Positions 17,661-29,961 of a DNA stretch of 64,000 nt are shown piece after piece. The DNA is from Planctomycetota bacterium. Lineage in GTDB: Bacteria; Planctomycetota; GCA-002687715; CAIWVZ01. The translations under genes were made by a program, and so were the position numbers. The DNA is taken from NCBI GenBank assembly GCA_044222185.1, contig JBGANV010000001.1, forward strand, positions 672,001 to 736,000, written 5' to 3'. Below the pieces are notes generated by a model that was not told the origin of the DNA, searched no databases, and saw only the letters and a program-made list of their open reading frames with translations. Position 1 is the stretch's first letter. Each line of letters starts with the position of its first letter.

Positions 17661-19442
17661 ATGACGACCCTGACTCGAACGCTGCTCGGTTGCGTCCTCG
17701 CCGCGTGTGCGGCTTCCGCGCAAACGACGCGGAACGTCCCCGCGCAGTTCCCGACGATCCAATCGGCGATCAACGCGTCGCTGAACGGCGACACCGTGTT
17801 GGTCGCACCGGGGAACTACGCCGGCCCCGTCAACTTCCTCGGACGCGCGGTGACGGTGCGCGGGACTTCCGGTGCGACGCAGACCACCATCGTCGGCTCG
17901 CCTGGGAGCCGCGTGATCGTGATGTCCGCCGGTGAGGGACCCGGGAGCGTGCTCGACGGATTCACCATCGTCGGGGGGAGCGGCGGGGCGATCCTGCAGA
18001 ACGCATCTCCGACGATCACCAACTGCCGTTTCATGGCGAACTCGGTGACGCCGTTGAGCACGGGTGGACTCAGCTATCTCCCGACGCAGGTCTTGGGGGG
18101 TGGGATCTACTGCCTCGCATCCGGGGGAGCGTCGTCGTCGCCCACGATCACGAACTGCAGCTTCATCGGAAACACGGCCTGGCAGGGCGGCGGGATCTAC
18201 ATGGAGGGCCAGACGACGCTCGTGCCCACGATCATGAACTGCACCTTCCAGTCGAACGGCGCTGTCGCGGGCACCTACTGTCCTGCGAGCAGCTGCATCG
18301 TCTACAACGGCACCGGCGGGGCCCTCGAGTTCCGAGGTGCGGGATGCTCGCCCACGGTGCTCGGCTGCACGTTCACCGGCAACGTTTCGGCGCATGACGG
18401 CGCGGCGATCTCGTGCGACGGCACGGGCGCGAGTTTCATCTCGGGCTGCCGGATCCTGAACAACTCGTCGAGTGTGGGGACTGGCGGGGTCGCGGGCAGC
18501 GGGACTTCGCTCACTCTCGTGAACTGCCTCATCGCGGGCAACTCGACGTCGGCGACGGCGACGACGTTCGGGTCGGCCGCGGCCGGGGGTGTGGGCCTCG
18601 CCGGAACGGGAACTGGCTCGACCCTCACCTTGAACGGCTGCACGGTTACCGCCAATCAATCCTCGACGTTGTGCGGAGGCGTGCTGCTGCAAGGGCCCGC
18701 GGGAACGACGGCGACCATCACCAACTCCATCATCTGGGGGAACGGCGCCCTCGATCACCTGAACGCGTCGGGTGGGAGCTTCTCCGTGTCTTATTCGAAC
18801 GTCGGTGCGGGCAACGCGGCGCTCGGTGGCGGGGTCGTCCTCGCCGATCCGCGTTTCGCGGACGCCGGCTCGAACGACTTCCATCTCGGGTCGACGTCTC
18901 CGTGCCGCAATGCGGGTTCTCCCGGTGCCTCGGGATTGCCATCCACGGACATCGACGGTGCCGCTCGCGTCGTCGGGTCCGCCGTCGACATGGGCTGCGA
19001 CGAGATCCCGGCAAGCACGCTCGCCGGCTCCGGTGAGGACCTGGATCTGTACCTGCGCGTGAACGGCGCCGGGGATCCGCTCGCGACGTCGCGGAACGCG
19101 CCCGCGGGAAGCCAGGTGACCCTCGTTCTGCGTTCACCCGGCGGCGCATTCACGGGCACGCCTCCGGTCGTGGCGGGGTATCTGTATCCGACGGGGTCGC
19201 CGCCGCCTCCGTTGCCGGGCTTTCCCTACATTCATTACAGCGGAGGCGTGTTCCTGATGGCTGGCGCCTTGTCGCCCTCCCCGTTCTCCGTCCCCGGACT
19301 CGCGCCCGGCGGGCTCCGCTTGGACTACTCGATTCCCGGCGGATTGAGCGGTGCGACGCTTCGCGTCCAGGCGGTTGCGGTGACCGGGGCTGCCGCGAAC
19401 ACCGTGTTCGCCGCGACGGATGCCCACGACATCGTCTTCTGA
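17661..19442 (+). CDS. Secreted right-handed parallel beta-helix repeat protein with C-terminal domain
   Basis: AGGAG RBS; signal peptide ...AASA|Q; VPAQFPTIQSAI, GDTVLVAPGNY, repeated PTITNCxFxxN...GGGI; DPRF...DFHL...SPCRNAG...VDMG cap. Confidence 0.88.
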   Translation: MTTLTRTLLGCVLAACAASAQTTRNVPAQFPTIQSAINASLNGDTVLVAPGNYAGPVNFLGRAVTVRGTSGATQTTIVGSPGSRVIVMSAGEGPGSVLDGFTIVGGSGGAILQNASPTITNCRFMANSVTPLSTGGLSYLPTQVLGGGIYCLASGGASSSPTITNCSFIGNTAWQGGGIYMEGQTTLVPTIMNCTFQSNGAVAGTYCPASSCIVYNGTGGALEFRGAGCSPTVLGCTFTGNVSAHDGAAISCDGTGASFISGCRILNNSSSVGTGGVAGSGTSLTLVNCLIAGNSTSATATTFGSAAAGGVGLAGTGTGSTLTLNGCTVTANQSSTLCGGVLLQGPAGTTATITNSIIWGNGALDHLNASGGSFSVSYSNVGAGNAALGGGVVLADPRFADAGSNDFHLGSTSPCRNAGSPGASGLPSTDIDGAARVVGSAVDMGCDEIPASTLAGSGEDLDLYLRVNGAGDPLATSRNAPAGSQVTLVLRSPGGAFTGTPPVVAGYLYPTGSPPPPLPGFPYIHYSGGVFLMAGALSPSPFSVPGLAPGGLRLDYSIPGGLSGATLRVQAVAVTGAAANTVFAATDAHDIVF

Positions 19443-19553
19443 GGTCCGCGCCGCGACATCGGCCACTTGACGATCGCGCGCGCCATCGGGGACGGTACGG
19501 GGCGCCATCGCCCGGGTTTCGAGTGACGTTCCGGTCCCGTATCGTGCGCGCCC

Positions 19554-21170
19554 ATGAAGCGCCCGCGTCTTGCCCTCACGCACGCGATCCTCGTCGCCCT
19601 CGTGCCGGTCGCATGCGTTCTTGGCCAGAGCCCGGTCTGGGTCGCGCCGAAGCGCGAGGCCGACGCCTCGGACGCGTTCTTCAAGAAGGGGGAGATCCCG
19701 CGGATCGACGTCACGCTCACGGACGAGGAACTCCAGAAGCTCAAGGCCGAGCCACGCAACTGGGTGCGCGCCCGGCTCACCGAGAATCTGAAGGTCACGC
19801 TCGAGGGCGTGGGCGTGAAGCTCAAGGGTGCCGCTGGGAGCTTCCGTGAGTGGGACGAGCGTCCAGCGCTGACGGTTCGCGTCGACAAGTTCGAGAAGGG
19901 GCGGACCTGGAAAGGCCTGCACAAGTTCCACCTGAACAACTCGGTGCAGGACGACACGTGGCAGTGCGAGCTCCTCGCGTCCGAGCTGATGCGCGCGGCC
20001 GGGCTTGCCGCGACCCGTGTCACGCACGCGCGAGTGTTCCTCAACGGTCGGGACGTGGGCCTCTACCTCGTGAAGGAGGGGTTCGACACGACGTTCCTCG
20101 GACGTCACTTCGCCGATTCGACGGGGAACCTCTACGACGGCGGGTTTCTGAACGACATCGACGCCGATCTCGAAAAAGACTGTGGCGCGGGGCCGGACGA
20201 CCGCTCGGACCTGAAGGCCATGCTCACAGCCGCGCGCGAGCCCGATTTGAAGGTTCGCTGGGCGCAGCTCCCAGATCATCTGGACGTTCGCATGTTCACG
20301 ACGTTCATGACGATGGAGCTGCTCCTGAACCACTGGGATGGCTACACGCTGACCCGGAACAACTACCGCCTCTACTTCGAGCCACGAACGAAGAAGTTCA
20401 TGTTCCTGCCCCACGGCATGGACCAGCTGTGGGCGGACACCGACGCATCGTTCCTCGACATGCCGACGACGATTCTCGGTTCAGCGGTGATGAAGAATCC
20501 CGAGTGGCGTGCGGGATTCCGCAAGCGACTGAAGGACCTCCTCCCGCTGGTGGCGCCGCCGGACCGCCTGCTCGCGCGGGCAGATCAGATCGCGGCGCAC
20601 CTCGCGCCCGTCATCGACAAGATGGGACCGACCGCGCTGAAGGAGTACGAGGGCCGTGTCCGCGAGCTGAAGGCTCGCCTGGCGGCGCGAGCCAAGTTCC
20701 TGCTGGAGCACGTGAACGACCCGGAACCCAAGCCCATCGACTTCCGTACGACGCCCGTCGTGACGCTTCGCACGTGGCGCAAATCGCCTGAGACCGAGGA
20801 TGCGCGTCTCGCGGAGGTCCGCACGGCGGGGGAGCGGCAGCTCCTCATCGCCGTCGGCAAGAGCGGGAAGTGCGTCGCGTCATGGCGAAAGACCGTCCCG
20901 CTCGTGAAGGGGCGCTACCGATTCCTCGCGAGCGTTCGGACCGAGGACGTGCAACCGCTTCAAGAACCCGAGAACCCGGGCGCGGGGATCCGGGTCGCCG
21001 CGGTCCCGCGCACGAGCAAGCTCGTGGGGACCTCGGCATGGAAGTCCATGGAGTTCGACTTCGAGGTCACCGAGGAGGTCCGCGATGTCGACCTCGTTCT
21101 CGAACTCCGGGCTTCGAAGGGACAGGTCTTCTTCAACACCGAGTCGTTGAAGTTGAAGAAGCTCGGGTGA
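19554..21170 (+). CDS. Secreted CotH-family kinase with C-terminal beta-sandwich domain
   Basis: VGVKLKGAAGSF, GLHKFHLNN, GLYLVKE, GNLY, HWDGY, NNYRLY, FLPHGMD. Confidence 0.88.
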   Translation: MKRPRLALTHAILVALVPVACVLGQSPVWVAPKREADASDAFFKKGEIPRIDVTLTDEELQKLKAEPRNWVRARLTENLKVTLEGVGVKLKGAAGSFREWDERPALTVRVDKFEKGRTWKGLHKFHLNNSVQDDTWQCELLASELMRAAGLAATRVTHARVFLNGRDVGLYLVKEGFDTTFLGRHFADSTGNLYDGGFLNDIDADLEKDCGAGPDDRSDLKAMLTAAREPDLKVRWAQLPDHLDVRMFTTFMTMELLLNHWDGYTLTRNNYRLYFEPRTKKFMFLPHGMDQLWADTDASFLDMPTTILGSAVMKNPEWRAGFRKRLKDLLPLVAPPDRLLARADQIAAHLAPVIDKMGPTALKEYEGRVRELKARLAARAKFLLEHVNDPEPKPIDFRTTPVVTLRTWRKSPETEDARLAEVRTAGERQLLIAVGKSGKCVASWRKTVPLVKGRYRFLASVRTEDVQPLQEPENPGAGIRVAAVPRTSKLVGTSAWKSMEFDFEVTEEVRDVDLVLELRASKGQVFFNTESLKLKKLG

Positions 21171-21188
21171 TGGACTGCCGCCTGCGGA

Positions 21189-22754
21189 TCACCCCGGAGT
21201 CGATTCGAGGTGGAAGCGGCTGACCAGCGTCTGGAGGTCGCGCGCATCTCGCGCAAGCTCCTCGGCAGTGGAGGCAAGCCGCCCCGTCTCGGCTGCGTTG
21301 GCCTGAGTGACGGAGTCCATCTCGTTCACGGCCATGTTCACCTGGTCGATACCGGAGGACTGCTCGCGCGTCGCTGCTGCGATTTCGGCGACGATGTCCG
21401 TGACGCGCTTCACGGAGGTGACGATGTTCCGGAGCGACTCACCGGACTGTTCCACGAGCTTCGTACCCGCGCTCACCTTGCTGACCGAGTCGTCGATCAG
21501 GGTCTTGATCTCCTTCGCGGCCTTCGCGCTGCGCTGTGCCAGGTTGCGGACCTCGGATGCAACGACGGCGAACCCGCGTCCCTGCTCGCCAGCGCGCGCC
21601 GCTTCGACCGCCGCATTCAGTGCGAGCAGGTTCGTCTGGAATGCGATCTCGTCGATGGCGCTGAGGATGTCGGCGATCTTGCGTGATGCCGCGTTGATCT
21701 CCGCCATGGCGGTCACGGCGTCACTGACGACCTTGCCGCCTGAATCCGCGACGTCACGGGCGCCGACGGCGAGATGGCTCGCCTGCTGCGCGCTGTCGGC
21801 GTTCTGCTTGACGGTCGTCGTGAGCTCGTGGAGGTTCGCCGCGGTCTCCTCGAGTTGCGACGCATGGCGCTGGGCTCCTCCCGAGATCGTCGTTCCCGTC
21901 GACGAAAGCTCGGCCGATGCATGCGCGAGCGCCTCGGCGACTCCGCGGACCCGCTCGAGCGTGGTGCGGATGCTGCCGACGGCGCGATTCAGGGCCTCGC
22001 TCATCCGGCCGACCTCGTCCGACGCCGTGACGTCCACCTGCTTGGTGAAGTCTCCGTCGGCGACGGCGCTCAGCGCATCGACGGCGCCTCCCAGGCGACG
22101 GCTCGTGTCCCGTGCGATGAGCAGGCCGATCACGCACCCGATGGCGGCGATCACGCCCCCGAGCAGGATGAGCTCGCGCTTCTCGGCCGTGATCGAATCC
22201 GCGGCCGCCGCGATCGAAGCCTCGCTCTCGCGGTTGGCGGTCGAGACGACCTCGTCGATGGTCGCGCGGTGGGCCTGATAGAGATCCTGGAGGGGACCGT
22301 CGAGAAGCTGAGTCGCCTTGGCTCGATCGCCAGCCTTGATCGCCGGGATGAGGTCCCGATCAGCCATCGCATAGAAGGCCATCGCGGATTCGTGCGAGGC
22401 GTCGAGGAGCGTGGATTTCAGGTGACCGTCCCAGAGTTCCTGAGTCCAGTAGTCCTGCCGCGCGTTGTACTCCGTCCGCAACTCGCCCCACCGCTTCTCG
22501 AGACCTTCGGTGGCCTTCGGGTCCGTCTCGATCGACATCTGGAGCAGTACGAGATACGACTCGATGATGTACTTCGGAGGAGGCAGCACGTCGGCGACGA
22601 CGTCCTTCAGAACCACCACGTTCTTGTACGCCGAGTCCTCGAGCTTGGGCTTGAGGCCCAGGCTGACGTTCGCGATGAAGGCCACGAAGCCCACGGTGAA
22701 AACACCGATCACGATGGACATCTTTGCCTTGATGCTGAAATTCCGGAACTGCAT
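21189..22754 (-). CDS. Methyl-accepting chemotaxis protein (2 TM, helical sensor, HAMP, MA domain)
   Basis: [40 protein letters not shown]; GGAGG RBS before ATG 22754. Confidence 0.95.
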   Translation of the reverse strand: MQFRNFSIKAKMSIVIGVFTVGFVAFIANVSLGLKPKLEDSAYKNVVVLKDVVADVLPPPKYIIESYLVLLQMSIETDPKATEGLEKRWGELRTEYNARQDYWTQELWDGHLKSTLLDASHESAMAFYAMADRDLIPAIKAGDRAKATQLLDGPLQDLYQAHRATIDEVVSTANRESEASIAAAADSITAEKRELILLGGVIAAIGCVIGLLIARDTSRRLGGAVDALSAVADGDFTKQVDVTASDEVGRMSEALNRAVGSIRTTLERVRGVAEALAHASAELSSTGTTISGGAQRHASQLEETAANLHELTTTVKQNADSAQQASHLAVGARDVADSGGKVVSDAVTAMAEINAASRKIADILSAIDEIAFQTNLLALNAAVEAARAGEQGRGFAVVASEVRNLAQRSAKAAKEIKTLIDDSVSKVSAGTKLVEQSGESLRNIVTSVKRVTDIVAEIAAATREQSSGIDQVNMAVNEMDSVTQANAAETGRLASTAEELARDARDLQTLVSRFHLESTPG

Positions 22755-22785
22755 GACCCCTCCGACCTGTTTTTGGCAGGGGCCA

Positions 22786-22821
22786 TCATCGGCGCTCAGG
22801 TGGCCGTGACTTTGAGTCACG
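22786..22821 (-). promoter_or_regulatory. Candidate sigma-28 (FliA) promoter overlapped by palindrome CGTGACT-N3-AGTCACG
   Basis: Minus strand TCAAAG-N16-GCCGATGA (consensus TAAA-N15-GCCGATAA) ~30 bp before the MCP start; perfect 7-bp dyad at 22805..22821. Confidence 0.5.
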
Positions 22822-23053
22822 CTGTGGCCGGTCTGCGGTTCCGATCGCCGGAGCGATCGAACGTGCCCGAAGGAAATGCCGATCCTGCGTGGCAGAGCCG
22901 CGAATCGCCGGCGCGCCGATGCCGCCTGCTGCGTTGCCCCCGTCGGCAGCGGCGGTTACGCTCCGCGGCTCGCCCGCCGGCACGGACGGACCTTGCCGGG
23001 CAACTTGCAGGCGAGGGGGACCTGGCAGCGTCGATCGACGGACGGATGGGATC

Positions 23054-23881
23054 GTGACCGAGGCGACGAGCGGACTGGACATCATCGCGGACGTGCACGG
23101 CATGATCGCGACGTTCCACTCCATGCTGAAGCGCCTCGGGTACGAGCGGCACGGCGATCGCTGGCTCCACCCTGCCGGCCGGCGGCTCGTCCAACTCGGC
23201 GACCTCGTGGATCGCGGGCCTGACCCCCTTGGCTGCGTCGAGCTGATGCAGGAACTGGTCCAGTCCGACATCGCCGACTTCGTTCTCGGCAATCACGAGG
23301 TCAACGCCCTCGGCTGGTTCGTCGGAGCCAGGGCCCACACGGACGCGAACCGGCGCCAGTTCCGCGTCACGTTGAATCAGATCGAGCGGGATGCGGCACG
23401 CTGGGACCGCGCAGCTCGCTTCCTCCGCACTCAGCCGCTTTCGGCTGAGCGGCACGGCATGCGGTTCGTACACGCCGCTTGGATTCCGGAGGCCCTTCAC
23501 GGCCTCCCGACGACTCTCGCCTCCGACGACATCGTCCGCGCGACGGGTCGGGGTGGGCGGTACCACGAATCGATCGAAACGGCGCTCAAGGGACCGGAGG
23601 AGGATGCTCCGCAGCCGTTCGAAGACGAGCACGGCATCACTCGCCGGCGGCGCCGGGTGCGGTGGTGGGACGACTACCCCGCCCACGCGCCGACGGTCTG
23701 CTTCGGGCATTACTGGTTCCACGGAACGCCCCGCCTGCTGGGCGTGAGCGGCAACGCGATCTGCCTGGACTACAGCTGTGGCCGTGGCGGGCCTCTCGTC
23801 GCGCTGAGGTGGCCGGAGCGCCACTTCGTGATGGTGCCCAATCGCGACGTCGACGCGCCCACGCCACCAGACGACGCATGA
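23054..23881 (+). CDS. Calcineurin-like metallophosphoesterase (ApaH/PPP-like)
   Basis: DVHG, GDLVDRG, GNHE, VHA, FGHYW, CLD; GTG start inferred. Confidence 0.88.
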   Translation: MTEATSGLDIIADVHGMIATFHSMLKRLGYERHGDRWLHPAGRRLVQLGDLVDRGPDPLGCVELMQELVQSDIADFVLGNHEVNALGWFVGARAHTDANRRQFRVTLNQIERDAARWDRAARFLRTQPLSAERHGMRFVHAAWIPEALHGLPTTLASDDIVRATGRGGRYHESIETALKGPEEDAPQPFEDEHGITRRRRRVRWWDDYPAHAPTVCFGHYWFHGTPRLLGVSGNAICLDYSCGRGGPLVALRWPERHFVMVPNRDVDAPTPPDDA

Positions 23882-24624
23882 GCCGGAAAGACATCGTTTT
23901 CGCCATTCTCGGCGCGTTCTTCCTCACCAACGCTCTCATCGCCGAAGTCGTCGGGGGAAAGATCATCTGGATCGGGCCCGAGTCGTGGCAGCTGATGGGG
24001 AGTCGGCTCTCGGCTTCCGTCGGCGTGCTGATGTGGCCGGTCGTGTTCGTTTCGACCGATCTCATCAACGAGTACTTCGGGCGCTCGGGCGTGAAGCGGT
24101 TGACGCTCCTCGCGGCGACGATGATCGCCTATGCGTACATCGTGCTGTTCTTCGCACAGCAGACGCCGACGGCCACGGGCCCCGACGGGAAGGCCTTCGG
24201 TGTCGACGGCCATTCGTTCAACGTCGTGTTCGGAACGAGCCAGTCGATCATCGTCGGATCCCTCGCGGCGTTCCTCGTCTCGCAGCTCGTGGACGTCGCG
24301 ATCTTCCAGCTCCTCCGAAAGCGCACGGGCGCGGCGATGCTGTGGCTGCGGTCGACGGGTTCGACCGTCATCTCACAGATCGTCGACAGCATCATCGTGC
24401 TCTACATCGGTCTCGCGATCCCGTTCGGCTGGACGATGAAGCAGTTCTGGGCGACGGCCATCCCGAACTACCTCATCAAACTGGTGATCGCGATCTGCAT
24501 GACCCCCGTGATCTATCTGATCCACGGATGGGTCGAGCGGTATATCGGACATGCCGAAGCCCACGCACTCGCAGAAGCGGCGGCGGGCAACCGCGTCATC
24601 GTGCACGCGCCGCCCAAGGAGTGA
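23878..24624 (+). CDS. yhhQ: Queuosine precursor transporter (YhhQ/Vut_1)
   Basis: GGKI, WPVVFVSTDLINEYFG, GSLAAFLVSQLVDV, WLRSTGSTVISQIVDS; ATGA overlap with the upstream gene. Confidence 0.9.
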   Translation: MSRKDIVFAILGAFFLTNALIAEVVGGKIIWIGPESWQLMGSRLSASVGVLMWPVVFVSTDLINEYFGRSGVKRLTLLAATMIAYAYIVLFFAQQTPTATGPDGKAFGVDGHSFNVVFGTSQSIIVGSLAAFLVSQLVDVAIFQLLRKRTGAAMLWLRSTGSTVISQIVDSIIVLYIGLAIPFGWTMKQFWATAIPNYLIKLVIAICMTPVIYLIHGWVERYIGHAEAHALAEAAAGNRVIVHAPPKE

Positions 24625-24645
24625 CCCGGGGCGGCGTCGCCCGGA

Positions 24646-26109
24646 TCAGGCGAGGTCGACCCACACGTGCTTGACCTCGGTGTAGGCATCGAGGCCGTAA
24701 GAGCCGAGTTCGCGCCCGAACCCCGACGCCTTGTAGCCGCCGAACGGCGTCGCCGGGTCGTAGAAGTTGTAGGTGTTGACCCACACGGTTCCCGCGCGGA
24801 TCTGATGCGCGACCCGCAGGGCCTTGCCGATGTCGCGGGACCACACGCCGCCCGCCAGGCCGAACTGTGTGTCGTTCGCCTTCTTCACCGCGTCGGCCTC
24901 GTCCTCGAATTTGATGATCGACATGACGGGTCCGAAGATCTCCTCGCGGCCGATCGTCATCTGGTTCGTGACGTTGGTGAAGATCGTGGGGTTGAGGAAA
25001 TAACCCTTGCCCGTGCCGATGTCGGCCCGCGTCCCGCCCGACACGAGCGTGGCCCCGTCCTTCTTGCCGGCGTCGATGAACCCCAGCACCGTCTGCATCT
25101 GCTCCTTCGACACGATGGCGCCCAGGCGCGTCTTCGGGTTCATCGGGTCGGCGGGAACGAGCTTCGACACGCGGCCTTGGAGCTTCTCCACGAACTGATC
25201 GTGGACGGAAGCCTGCACGAGCACGCGCGACCCGGCGGCGCAGACCTCGCCCTTGCCGTAGAAGATGCCGTTCGCGGCACCACGCACCGCGGCTTCGAGA
25301 TCCGCATCCGCGAAGATGACGTTGGGGGACTTGCCGCCCAGTTCTAGCGAGACGCGTTTGGACGTGGCCGCGGAATCGCGGAGCAGGCCGTGGCCGACGG
25401 ACGTCGAGCCCGTGAACGCGATCTTGTCGATCCCGGGATGGCGCGTCATGGCGTCACCCACGATCGAGCCCTTGCCGGTGATGACGTTGAACACGCCCGC
25501 CGGCACGCCCGCCTCGCGCGCCATCTCGGCGAGCTTCAGGGCCGACAGCGGCGTCACCGTCGCCGGCTTGTGGACGATCGAGCATCCGACGGCAAGCGCC
25601 GGGGCGATCTTCCAGGAGGCGAGAAGCAGGGGGAAGTTCCAAGGGGTGATGGCGCCGACGACGCCGACGGGTTCCCGCAGTGTGTAGTTGAACGAGGTCG
25701 GGCTGACGGGGATGGTCTCGCCCGCGACCTTCGTCGCCCAGCCGGCGTAGTAGCGGAACACCTCGCACACCATCGGCATGTCGACGTAGCGGGACTCGAA
25801 GATCGGCTTGCCGTTGTCGAGGGTCTCGAGCGTGGCGAACGTGTCGATGTTCTGCTCGATCAGGTCGGCGAGCTTCCAGAGGACGCGCGCCCGATCCTTC
25901 GCCGCCATCTTGTTGCGCCACGGGCCCGTGTCGAACGCCTTGCGGGCGGCGGTGACGGCACGGTCGACGTCGGAGGCGTCGGCCTGCGCGATCGTGGTGA
26001 TCTCGGCCTCGGTCGCCGGGTTGATGGTTGGCGCGGACTGGCCCTTCGCGGCGTCGACGAATTCACCGTCGATGAAGAGTTTCTGTGGCGGAATCGTGGT
26101 GGCTGTCAT
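24646..26109 (-). CDS. NAD(P)-dependent aldehyde dehydrogenase
   Basis: ITPWNFP, FTGST, LELGGKSP, catalytic Cys (GEVCAAG), EEIFGPV, PFGGYKASG. Confidence 0.95.
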   Translation of the reverse strand: MTATTIPPQKLFIDGEFVDAAKGQSAPTINPATEAEITTIAQADASDVDRAVTAARKAFDTGPWRNKMAAKDRARVLWKLADLIEQNIDTFATLETLDNGKPIFESRYVDMPMVCEVFRYYAGWATKVAGETIPVSPTSFNYTLREPVGVVGAITPWNFPLLLASWKIAPALAVGCSIVHKPATVTPLSALKLAEMAREAGVPAGVFNVITGKGSIVGDAMTRHPGIDKIAFTGSTSVGHGLLRDSAATSKRVSLELGGKSPNVIFADADLEAAVRGAANGIFYGKGEVCAAGSRVLVQASVHDQFVEKLQGRVSKLVPADPMNPKTRLGAIVSKEQMQTVLGFIDAGKKDGATLVSGGTRADIGTGKGYFLNPTIFTNVTNQMTIGREEIFGPVMSIIKFEDEADAVKKANDTQFGLAGGVWSRDIGKALRVAHQIRAGTVWVNTYNFYDPATPFGGYKASGFGRELGSYGLDAYTEVKHVWVDLA

Positions 26110-26136
26110 GGCTGCGAAGGCTACCAACCACCGCCG

Positions 26137-26171
26137 AAAAGACGACGGGCCGCCCCGTGGGGGACGGCCCG
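26137..26171 (-). terminator. Rho-independent terminator downstream of rpmB
   Basis: Minus strand CGGGCCGTCCCC-CAC-GGGGCGGCCCG hairpin followed by TCGTCTTTT. Confidence 0.6.
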
Positions 26172-26226
26172 GCGGATGTGCGCGCGTTCGTGCCGCGCCA
26201 GGGTGCTCCGTGGAGCACCCGATCGA

Positions 26227-26553
26227 TCAGGCGACCGGCGGCGCGAGCTTGGCGTTGCGCGCGTACTCGCTCTGGCGACCGTGGACTGCCTTGAGCAGCG
26301 GAACGGTGACCTTGCGGCCGTTGTGCTGGATCGTGACTTCGCCCTTCTTGATGACGCTCGCGGCGAGCTTCATGCGGCGGAGACCGCCGTCGGGAAGGAG
26401 AACGCGCACGGTCTGGAGGTTCACGCGGAAGCTGCGGCGCGTGATGCCGGTCGTCTTCAAACCGACGCCGCCCTTGGCCTTGGGCAGACCGCGACGGGTG
26501 ACCTGGTTGCCCCACTGGGTCCGCTTGCCGCTCACTTCGCAAACGCGTGACAT
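26227..26553 (-). CDS. rpmB: 50S ribosomal protein bL28
   Basis: MSRVCEVSGKRTQWGNQVTRRGLPKAKGGVGLKTTGITRRSFRVNLQ (end of ORF 26227..27243). Confidence 0.93.
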   Translation of the reverse strand: MSRVCEVSGKRTQWGNQVTRRGLPKAKGGVGLKTTGITRRSFRVNLQTVRVLLPDGGLRRMKLAASVIKKGEVTIQHNGRKVTVPLLKAVHGRQSEYARNAKLAPPVA

Positions 26554-26627
26554 GGATCTATCTCCGGGATTCGACGAGCCCGTGGCGTGGCCGCGAGCTG
26601 AAATTGGACGGCGATTCTTGCAAAGGA

Positions 26628-27329
26628 TCAGCCCTGGACAAGGGCTTCGCGGGCCTCGGTGGTGAGGTCCTCGACCTCGGAAGTGCACGGCAGGGCTGCT
26701 TTGTGCTGAAACGAGACGAGCGCCAGCCCCGGCCCGAGCACGATCCGGGCCGCGGATGTGGTCCCGTAACGGTCGCCGTGGAGGCAGATCGCGGACCCCT
26801 GAGACGCAGCGGTTCCGTGGTGGGACAGGATCTCGAAGTTCGGCTCCTGGTCGCGAAGGAAGGTCGCCGCGGCAGTCGTCCGCAGGTCGGGAACGGCGCC
26901 GAACGGCACGTTGGAGATCACGTACCGCCCCATGCCGAACTCTCGGATCTCCGCCGGCCGGCCTCCGCCTCGGTGGGTGACGACTCGCGCTCGGGCGCGG
27001 TCGGCGACGACGTCGACGGTGAGCAGGTTGAACGGGTTGAACTCGTCGAACTCCCTGGGGAGCTCGCCGCGGACGGCGAGGATCGGGAGCGTGCCGCGCG
27101 ATGGAGCGTCGTCCCGCACGGTCGCCGTCTTGATGTTGGTGATGAGCGCGAGGGAATTGCGGCCGATGCAAAGCCACGTCCCGCCGCTTCGCAGATCGCG
27201 ACCTCCGAAGATACCGGGCTCGAGCTGAAGTGGCCCCTCCCACGGTCGATCACGGAACTCGTCGCGGTTGGCGGCGAGGGTGACGGGCACGGGTCCGTCA
27301 GGATCGAATTCGAGGAGGGCCGTGCACAC
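26628..27329 (-). CDS. NRDE/TANGO2 family protein
   Basis: MCT start, AANRDEF, GRDLRSGGTWL, SRG, FNPFNLL, YGTTS. Confidence 0.9.
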   Translation of the reverse strand: MCTALLEFDPDGPVPVTLAANRDEFRDRPWEGPLQLEPGIFGGRDLRSGGTWLCIGRNSLALITNIKTATVRDDAPSRGTLPILAVRGELPREFDEFNPFNLLTVDVVADRARARVVTHRGGGRPAEIREFGMGRYVISNVPFGAVPDLRTTAAATFLRDQEPNFEILSHHGTAASQGSAICLHGDRYGTTSAARIVLGPGLALVSFQHKAALPCTSEVEDLTTEAREALVQG

Positions 27330-27350
27330 GATGGGGCTCCCGCGCGGCGG

Positions 27351-29885
<2,535 letters not shown>

Positions 29886-29961
29886 CGCGATTCTCCGGCG
29901 CGGTCCGCGTCATGCAGCCGCGCGAGCGAGCGGAGAAGGTAACGACAGTCGACGCGATCGC

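Noticed and set aside
15878-17794. Apparent long N-terminal fusions to PnuC (872 aa), NadR, YhhQ, bL28, HcrB and the sensor kinase in the ORF track
   Set aside because: The extensions are off-frame read-through of upstream genes. The real starts are internal, often at ATGA overlaps.
23800-23880. preQ1 riboswitch before yhhQ (also checked before queG)
   Set aside because: yhhQ overlaps the upstream CDS, leaving no leader, and no preQ1 consensus was recognised at either site.
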